Assembly: GCA_951406725.2 (NCBI GenBank)
Contig: OX597830.1
Span: 16,492,001-16,556,000, forward strand
Direction: 5' to 3'
DNA length: 64,000 nt
From: Octopus vulgaris
Lineage: Eukaryota
Below, in pieces: positions 55,456-64,000 of the stretch (positions are counted from its first letter, which is position 1; each line of letters begins with the position of its first letter). The notes under the pieces were generated by a model. The model did no database searches, was not told the origin of the DNA, and saw nothing but the letters and a program-made list of their open reading frames with translations. Both the position numbers and the translations under genes were made by a program.

Positions 55456-55884
55456 AACCCAGCTGAAACCACCTTTAAGTCTGTAGTGCAAATATCTTGT
55501 TTTCAAAAGTTCTGAATTAAAATCTTACACCAAACCATAGTCACAATTTATGTTCCTAACACTATCTTAATGATAACTAAGTTATTTTACTAAATTCTTA
55601 GTTATATTTAACCCTTTAGTGTTTTAACCGGCCATATCTGGCCCAGATATTCTACATGTTTTATATTCAAATTGGCAATATCTGGCCTCTCACACCTACC
55701 CGACAATGTCATTCTAAATATAAACAATCACATCATTGAAACCTCAAAGATATAAGATAATGCATGATTAATTCAAAACATTTGAGTGGAAAAGTATTAC
55801 ATTTAACAGAGTAATCTGAACACTAAAGGGTTAAAATTAATTGAAAGAAACACAGAGCATCTCAATATGGTAACGAAAAGGTTA
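55456..55884. mobile_element. MITE E with MITE D (55612-55830) nested at its internal TTAA
   Basis: TTAA at 55608-55611 and 55831-55834; E sequence is continuous across the insert. Confidence 0.85.
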
Positions 55885-56545
55885 AGGGCTATGAAACAGG
55901 AAACATAAACCAACCCTTTATGAACTCAGCAAGCTAAGAATATAAATGAATAAAAATAGATTAGTGTAACAGTCATCATGTGAAATTCTAGAAAGGTCCA
56001 ACACAGATTCTACCCACCAGAATTACTTTTTGACCAGCAAATGATAATCAATTTTGAGTGTGTATGAATTACAGTGCAACAAAAGAGGATTGTTTTAAAG
56101 ATCTGACAAACATAATGACATTCCTAATTTCATTCCACAATCTGTTGTACTAAAGCAATATGAAATCTATAAAGTACACAGGGCAGAATAAACAATTTCT
56201 CTACAAACTTGAGACATTTACAAGGCTTAGAGTGACTACATCCGAGACTGTCAGGCTACAGAACGTCATTTTGATCAATAAAACAAACTTTCATCAAAAC
56301 TTAAGTTTTTTTTTGTTTTGTTTTCAGATAGTCCATACACACACTCATACATACATATATAGAGAGATTTATAAAGATATATAAAATTGCAATTAAATTT
56401 TGAATTTCAAAATTAGACATTTTAGGATTCAGCAAATTAAATATTTTATTTACTCATACAATGCTTTATAAGTGAGCTATTAACTAGGAGATGTGAGTGA
56501 GTGTATATGAGGGTGAGTGAGAGTGTGTGTGTGAATATATATATT

Positions 56546-56560
56546 AATATATTATGTGTA

Positions 56561-56612
<52 letters not shown>

Positions 56613-56624
56613 CATGTATGTATG

Positions 56625-56666
<42 letters not shown>

Positions 56667-56674
56667 TGTATGTA

Positions 56675-56711
<37 letters not shown>

Positions 56712-56730
56712 GTATATATATGTATGTATG

Positions 56731-56792
<62 letters not shown>

Positions 56793-56940
56793 CATATATG
56801 TATATATATACATATATGTATATATATACATATATGTATATATATATATACATATATGTATATATATATATACATATACATATATGTATATATATATATA
56901 CATATATGTATATATATATATATACATATATGTATATTAT
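56546..56940. repeat. Compound (TA)n/(TATG)n/(TACA)n microsatellite
   Basis: About 400 bp of purine/pyrimidine alternation; source of several spurious YI-repeat ORFs. Confidence 0.95.
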
Positions 56941-57682
56941 ATAATGTATACACATCACACAGAGGATGTGGGAGGTGTATAATACGCATACACACACAAG
57001 CCATCTGCTTTATCCCAGCATTATATGAAGTATGGTTAATATCACTATGACTACACTACCCTACCACCAACACATCACAACCAACGCTGCCACCACCATT
57101 ACCATCACTACTTCTCTCCCTGAAAATAATGGAGACATTATTGAAAGGAAGTTAATACATATTTTTCCCTTCTAGAATACATGATTAAATCAATGTAATG
57201 CTATACATTATATGCAAGTACATGTGTGTGTCTGGGTGTGAGAGAATATGAGGTACCATAGAATAAGAAGCGAAAGCCACAATTAACAGAGCCTGCAACC
57301 GGGTTTTGATTCCTAGCTAATGCTATCTCACTTCTTATATGCTGCTAATGGTACTGGGAAAGGCACAAATGCCAACAACTCCCATTCATTTTCTTTTGTT
57401 ATGAATAGATCTCATCATCCATGGACAAATATTTCTGAAGTTCTATCTTGCTGACATTTGAGTTAAGTATTCACTTATCATTCGCACAAAAACACACACA
57501 ACTTTGTGGGTAAGAATTAAGAAGTTCACTTCACAAGATTCTAGGTTCAATCCCATTGCACTGCTCCTTAGGTAACTGTTTTCCATTGAAGCTTGAGGTT
57601 GACCAGCGCTTTGTGAGTGGGATTTGCTAGATGGAAACTATGCAGAAGCCTATCAGGCACACAATATATATATATGTGTGTG

Positions 57683-57951
57683 TGTGGAGGCGCAATGGCC
57701 CAGTGGTTAGGGCAGCGGACTCGCGGTTTCGATTCCCAGACCGGGCGTTGTGAGTGTTTATAGAGCAAAAACATCTAAAAGCTCCACGAGGCTCCGGCAG
57801 GGGGTGGTGATCCCTGCTGTACTCTTTCTCCTGTTGGCCTGCTCGCTTAGCCAGCGGGGTGGCGTCATTCGAAGGCTAAATCAATGCGAATGCATTGTGA
57901 CCAGCGATGTGTAACAACATCTGATGGTCTGGTCGGACATGTGATCACGTG

Positions 57952-57953
<2 letters not shown>
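57683..57953 (+). mobile_element. SINE G with tail type 1
   Basis: Match to 13581-13870. Confidence 0.83.
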
Positions 57954-57987
<34 letters not shown>

Positions 57988-57990
<3 letters not shown>

Positions 57991-58177
57991 CGGAGATGTA
58001 CTTGCATAGCGAGTGACTTGATCTGGAATGAAAACAATTGCAGTGTGGAAGGTGTTTATAAGCCATTTCAGAAACACACAAAACCTTTAGATTCACTTCA
58101 ACACTTAAATTTGATTTGTCAAAATATTTTCGTTGCTATGAGACCGCAACCTGTTCACTGACAAAGCTTCGTGCTGC

Positions 58178-58178
<1 letters not shown>
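57988..58178 (-). mobile_element. Family H2 copy including hammerhead
   Basis: Similar to both arms at 1177-1477; sits in TA microsatellite. Confidence 0.7.
58115..58165 (-). ncRNA. Minimal hammerhead-ribozyme-like fold, G3:C8 core variant (family H2, best preserved copy)
   Basis: Minus strand reads UUUGUCA-GUGAACA-G-GUUGC(GGUCUCAUA)GCAAC-GAAA-AUAUUU-UGACAAA: 7-bp stem I and 5-bp stem II. Confidence 0.65.
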
Positions 58179-58239
<61 letters not shown>

Positions 58240-59289
58240 TCAAGGACAATGTATAATATGCTTGAAGTCCAATGGCATACTGAAAGAATAAAAGCATACA
58301 CTTATTCTCTCACGCACATATGTACATACAGAGAGAAAGAAAGAGAGAAGAGATAAAATAACTGGATGTAGTTGGACAGTATCCAAAATAGAAAATAAGA
58401 CTTTGAAATTTTATATGTTTCGATGTTAATACTAGAATGCTAACTTGTATTTTTATATAATGCTACCATATATTTGCAGTGCCCCAGCATGGCCACAGCT
58501 CGTGAGCTGAAACTAGATAAAAAATAAAAAAATATATGTATTAATATTTTACGTATAGCTCACTGCAGGACACATCCTTCATCAGCTGTCAACAAGAGAC
58601 AACAACAATTCCTGTACCTTCTGACAGTAAATATATAGCTCCCTCTAGCGGTGCCAAGTAACACTGACGCAGTTATCTCAAAGAATCATAACATTCTGAT
58701 TAATACCTATAAGCTCAAAATGTTGCATTAAGGCAAAACATTTATCCCATAAGTCGTATTTCTACCACCAGATTCTGCTACATTTAACTGTAGAATCCAT
58801 TACTGATAAATAATTTAGTCAAGAAATCTACCTTGGTTTATCTCTAGGGTGACTCTGCCTCCTACTATAGATGCTGTTATCATTTCTACATTGGTTTGCA
58901 CTATTTTTGAGTATACAGTTTCCATATCACCTGCAGTTAAAATTACACGATGCATCTGCTTCTTAGTTTCTTCCTAGCCAAACTGCACCAAGCTGCTGTT
59001 TTATTTTTGCTTTCACATCAATTACAAACCATCAGCACTCCAATAAAAACACCACCACCCACACTTAACTCAATGTTGTTCTTTTTGTGGAGAACCTAAA
59101 CACAAATCAGTTGCAAAAAAACTGTGGCAACCTCAACTGTTCATTATATATAGCTTGTATTATTATCATAATATATAACTTGCTTGTATTTGAAGGTTGC
59201 AAAACTTCTAGTTTTAAAAGACCACCCAACTGCAACATAAAGGATTATAATTTTATACAATAATTATGCTCAACATAGCCAGTATCTTT

Positions 59290-59686
59290 TTTTTTCTTTT
59301 TCTTTTTTTTTTTTTACTTGTTTCAGTCATTTGACTTTGGCCATGCTGGAGCACCGCCTTTTAGTTGAGCAAATCGACCCCAGGTCTTATTCTTTGTAAG
59401 CTTAGTACTTATTCTATCGGTCTCTTTTGCCGAACCGCTAAGTTACAGGGACGTAAACATACCAGCATCGGTTGTCAAGCGATGTTTGAGGGGGGGGGGG
59501 GCAAACACAAACACACACACACATATATATACGACAGGCTTCTTTCAGTTTCCGTCTACCAAATCCACTCACAAGGCTTTGGTCAGCCCGAGGCTATAGT
59601 AGAAGACACTTTCCCAAGGTGCCACGCAGTGGGACTGAACCCGGAACCGTGTGGTTGGTAAGCAGGCTACTTACCACACAGCCACT
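59290..59686 (-). mobile_element. SINE A
   Basis: Near full-length match. Confidence 0.85.
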
Positions 59687-60095
59687 AACACTATTGCATA
59701 CATAACTCCAATCTTTCTTTTTTTTTCCCAGTCTCTTTCTGAAAATATTCTTGATTGTTGCAGAATGTTAGTCAAAAGATTTTTGAAGATTTGTTTTAAA
59801 TATCTGACAGTAGACATGACATCGCTGCCATTTTTAATAAAAATACCTAGAAAGGTTTCAACATTTCAACTTGGAGAGTCATGATGGCTTGTGACAGCCT
59901 TTTGAATGTTTTTGTGTTATGAGGTAGTCATAACTCTAAACACACCATCCATATTTATCTGACAGCAAAGTTAGACAGAAAAACAAACTTAGTGATGGAG
60001 CAATAAAACTACACATGGTCTTCAGTTATAATGTTCAATGCTCTCTAATTTCAATAACGAGACATCCAATCTGTTTTCTAAAGATCAACGCTATA

Positions 60096-60268
60096 AGCGT
60101 AGGAGAGGCTGTGTGGTAAGTAGCTTGCTAACCAACCACATGGTTCCGGTTTCAGTCCCACTGCGTGGCACCTTGGGCAATTGTCTTCTGCTATAGCCTC
60201 GGGCTGACCAAAGCCTTGTGAGTGATTTTGGTAGACGGAAACTGAAAGAAGCCCGTCGTATATATATG

Positions 60269-60301
<33 letters not shown>

Positions 60302-60516
60302 GTGTGTGTGTTTGTGTGTCTGTGTTTGTCCCACCAACATCGCTTGACAACCGATGCTGGTGTGTTTTACGTCCTCGTAACTTAGCGGTTCGGCAAAAGA
60401 GACAGATAGAATAAGTACTAGGCTTACAAAGAATAAGTCCTGGGGGTCGATTTGCTCGACTAAAGGTGGTGCTCCAGCATGGCCACAGTCAAATGACTGA
60501 AACAAGTAAAAGAGTA
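60096..60516 (+). mobile_element. SINE A
   Basis: Full-length match; inverted relative to 59290-59686. Confidence 0.85.
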
Positions 60517-63079
60517 CAGAAACTGAGAAGATGCTGGTCTCTCAAAGTTAGCTACAGAAGTTAAACATATCCAACTACACAGTAACTTGGCACCTGACAG
60601 AATACTGCTGGGAAATATTTGAATTTTGGGTCAGGAAAGAAGTCTGATAGACAACTATTTAAATACTTTTTAATATCTGTTGAATTTACATTTCCCGCAA
60701 GATACACATCTTAGAGGAAATGTGCTTAGTTATATTTATGTCTCAAAGTAAATTAAATTTTAAACAAAAACCCAGCTAACACGTTTGTTATCATTAAGAA
60801 CGTTAGAGATTTAATCATTCTTTATTCTTTGTCAAATGTTATTCCAAAGGTCTTATTTGGTTAACACTTGAAGAGCTATCTAGAATAACTTGACATGGAA
60901 GCCTATATGTAAGCATTCTAAGAGATAAACGAACACATTTATTCTCTTTTTATTGTATCTGTTCTTTCAAATCAAATTTACACTGTCAGCACCAATTATA
61001 CTGGCCTGCCATATTAAATAAATTAATTATATGATTAGTCTAGCTTAGTATATAAGATTCCATAAGTAATATCAACTTATTTCCTCTGCTCACAAAGTCA
61101 TTTTTGCTTCTATAACAGGGGATATGTGTTTGATACGTGTGTGTGTCCATGCATATATCGTGCGTGTGTAATAATATTTTAACTACTATTATGACAGTCT
61201 ATGAAGCGAAAAGAAATAAAGATACGTAATATATCATAAAAATGTTTCAATTTCAATCAGACTTAAAGACAGTCTTATAAAACACGAGTAACAAGTCATA
61301 TTCGTATGATCATGATATTCATGTATCATCCAAATAGCCGGAAAAAGGGTTGCATGTGACTCCAGTACAATAGGTTGCATTATAAACACACTATAAAGTA
61401 TTGTATATATAGTATCAAGCACTGATTCCCCTTCACGAGCTTTTCAAAAAAACTAGGGACTGTTGATGAAACCAGTTAAATACAAGAGTTCCTTCCTTGT
61501 GAAAGGTTTGGGACCCAAGTACATGGTTTAAATTGTATATAATATAATGTAAAGCAATGTATGTTTTATACTGCATAGTATGTGTGTCTGTATATTTGAA
61601 AAGATTTCAAGTTAAACAATGCATTTAATAAAACATAGTTTTATTGTCTGTTTACTTCTAATTTCCCATAAAAAAAAAAGCATTTTTCAAAGATAAGTCA
61701 GCGATACATAAACAAAGGGAAGTCATCACAATAGACACTGTGAAGTAGAGACACAGACAGTCAGACAGGCCTCTTGACTGCTCTAGTTAAAAGCCAGAGG
61801 TCAACTGAGATAGAGTTCAAGAGTTATGGTAGCAGTAGGTAACGGTTTAAAAATTTCCTGCCATTCAAGTAAGGAGACAAACTGAATGCAAACATGAGTT
61901 GGTTGCAAGTTGTTAGCAGCTCAACTAATTTTGAGCTGTTATTTGAAGCATTGTGACAAGTAAAAACTGATGAGGTTTGAAAGCCAAACATTGTGCTTCA
62001 TAAAAATATGGTTTTATTGTTCTATCTTCTTCAGAATCTCCTATCAGCACACATGTATACATGCATGCGAGCGTGTGTCCGTGTGTCCCTGTATAAAATA
62101 TAAACAATTTGACTCAGCTACATATGACAAAGTCAAACTAGTTGTGAAATATATGCGGATCCCACCAAAAATGTAGAGTGCCTTTTTCTATTGTTTGCCC
62201 ACTCACACATGTGGACAAGTGATTTTGTTGTTCTCGCAATCCACAGATCATGGGTTTGGTTCCTGGACAAAGTAGTGCTTTGTGTTCTTGGATAAAACAT
62301 TTCAATCACTTCAGCATATGACTTATAATACATTGTGCACTCGCACAGGTAATGTTGATTTGAGTTTGATTTGATAGAAAGAGAGAGCTTATGCGCAGCA
62401 AGAAATTGTAGAACTGCCAGACTCGAGAGACTGCTATTATTAAAAGTGGGGTCGGGGGCAAACTGGCAGGGTCATTACCACACCATTCTTGCTAAATAGT
62501 CTGAGTTTTAAATGCTGCTGTGGTTAACTTTGCCTTTCAGGGTTGAAAAAATAATTATCAGCTGGGCAGCAGGGTCAATGTAATCAACCGATCCATCTCC
62601 CTAAACTTGCTGGACTCATGCCAAAATTTGAAGCCATTATTATTCCATATAGCATATTTCATATGCTGGTCCTGTGCCAAATTTAATAAATCATTATTAT
62701 TTTATATAGCTTCAGCAGAATTTGAACTCAGAACATAAAGATGGACAAAATGCCACTAAGCACCATGTCCAGCATGCTAATGATCCTGCCAGCTCACCTC
62801 ATTATCATTATTATCATTGTTCAACATTTGATAGTTTCAGGCAAATTTGTACTGCATCACCTGCTACACTTCTGTGTTGCTGGGATTTGTGCAGCACTGT
62901 GTGTTCTTTTTTCTTGTTTGGAGTGTGCAAACTCTTCCTGTTATAGTATTGTGTCAGTTTTTTTTGTTTTTTTTTATGAGGTACAGCACAATCTTTTGTT
63001 GTATTAGTATTTGTATTGTGTTGTGTGTGTACTGCATTGGGTACCCAGCCTGCTGGTGGTAGTTTTATTTCATCAGTAG

Positions 63080-63530
63080 AATTTGAACTCAGAACGTAGC
63101 AACAGGCGAAATACCTATTTTCTTTACTACCCACAAGGGGCTAAACACAAAGAGGGCAAAAATGGACAGACAAACGGATTAAGTCGATTATATCGACCCA
63201 GTGCGTAACTGGTACTTATTTAATCAACTCCGAAAGGATGAAAGGCAAAGTCGACCTCGGTGTAATTTGAACTCAGAACGTAGCAACAGGCGAAATACCT
63301 ATTTTCTTTACTACCCACAAGGGGCTAAACACAAAGAGGGCAAAAATGGACAGACAAACGGATTAAGTCGATTATATCGACCCAGTGCGTAACTGGTACT
63401 TATTTAATCAACTCCGAAAGGATGAAAGGCAAAGTCGACCTCGGTGTAATTTGAACTCAGAACGTAGCAACAGGCGAAATACCAGTAAGCATTTCATCCA
63501 GTGCACTAACGATTCTGCCAGCTTGCAGCC
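63080..63530 (-). repeat. Tandem array of SINE C body, 184-bp unit
   Basis: AATTTGAACTCAGAACGTAGC recurs at 63080, 63264 and 63448; the units look identical. Confidence 0.9.
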
Positions 63531-64000
63531 GTAATAATAATAATAGTAATAACAACAACAACAACAACAATAATAATGTGATGGACTCCTCCATCAAAAA
63601 CAACATATGAATGTTCAGTTTTTGCTAAACAACCTGTGCAAATGATTTGTTTACAATGATCAAATGTATCTGATGTACATTAGCTTACTCCCTCCATAAA
63701 ATTGACATTACCTGAACAGGTGCACAGTGAAGATAGATTACATAACAAAAAAATAATTAAAATAAAACAAGTTTGAATATTTTAGCTGAATACCAAGTAT
63801 TCATAACCATTAAGGATCATAAAGAAAAATTTGCATCTAACCAGGTTAATTATGCCACTTAATTCCAAGATAGGATTGGTTAGTAAACAGATTCAGAACT
63901 AAACAATAGCCATTAAGAAGGCCACCAACTTATATCAGAGGAATATCAGTTATGACATTATTTGCTGTTTTCTTTTTTTTTCTTTTTGTTCTACCCTTGC

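Noticed and set aside
56222-56258. Possible decayed hammerhead (...TCCGAGACTGTCAGGC)
   Set aside because: The core is too degenerate and there is a single copy in the window.
56446-57050. Long YI/IY-rich ORFs (also 31691-32087 and 42798-43281)
   Set aside because: Translations of TA/GA microsatellites.
58560-58590. Minus-strand CUGAUGA-A-GGA(UGUG)UCC
   Set aside because: Not followed by GAAA and no stem I or III, so not a hammerhead.

Overview
AT-rich animal genomic DNA. The repeat families resemble, from recall, those of octopus/cephalopod genomes. The window appears to lie inside one large minus-strand forkhead gene of the FoxK class. Five coding exons splice in frame with canonical GT-AG sites (34663-34836, 22906-23188, 17660-17853, 12625-12818, 761-985) and encode the end of the FHA domain, the complete forkhead domain and an S/P/T-rich tail. 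The FHA-encoding first exon and the last exon(s) were not found in the window. The introns are packed with tRNA-derived SINEs, an RTE-type short element, piggyBac remnants with their TTAA MITEs, a Tc1 remnant, Helitron-like elements, LINE fragments and microsatellites, and most ORF-track entries are artefacts of these. The most unusual signal is three unrelated short repeat families that each carry a minimal (dimer-type) hammerhead-ribozyme fold and sit as outward-facing inverted pairs. Two of these pairs are bounded by clear target-site duplications. One family has a swapped G3:C8 catalytic core and another is fused to a tRNA-like Pol III head, which suggests Penelope-mobilised, ribozyme-bearing non-autonomous retroelements. 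Repeat boundaries without a stated TSD or TIR are approximate, and all structures were folded by eye.
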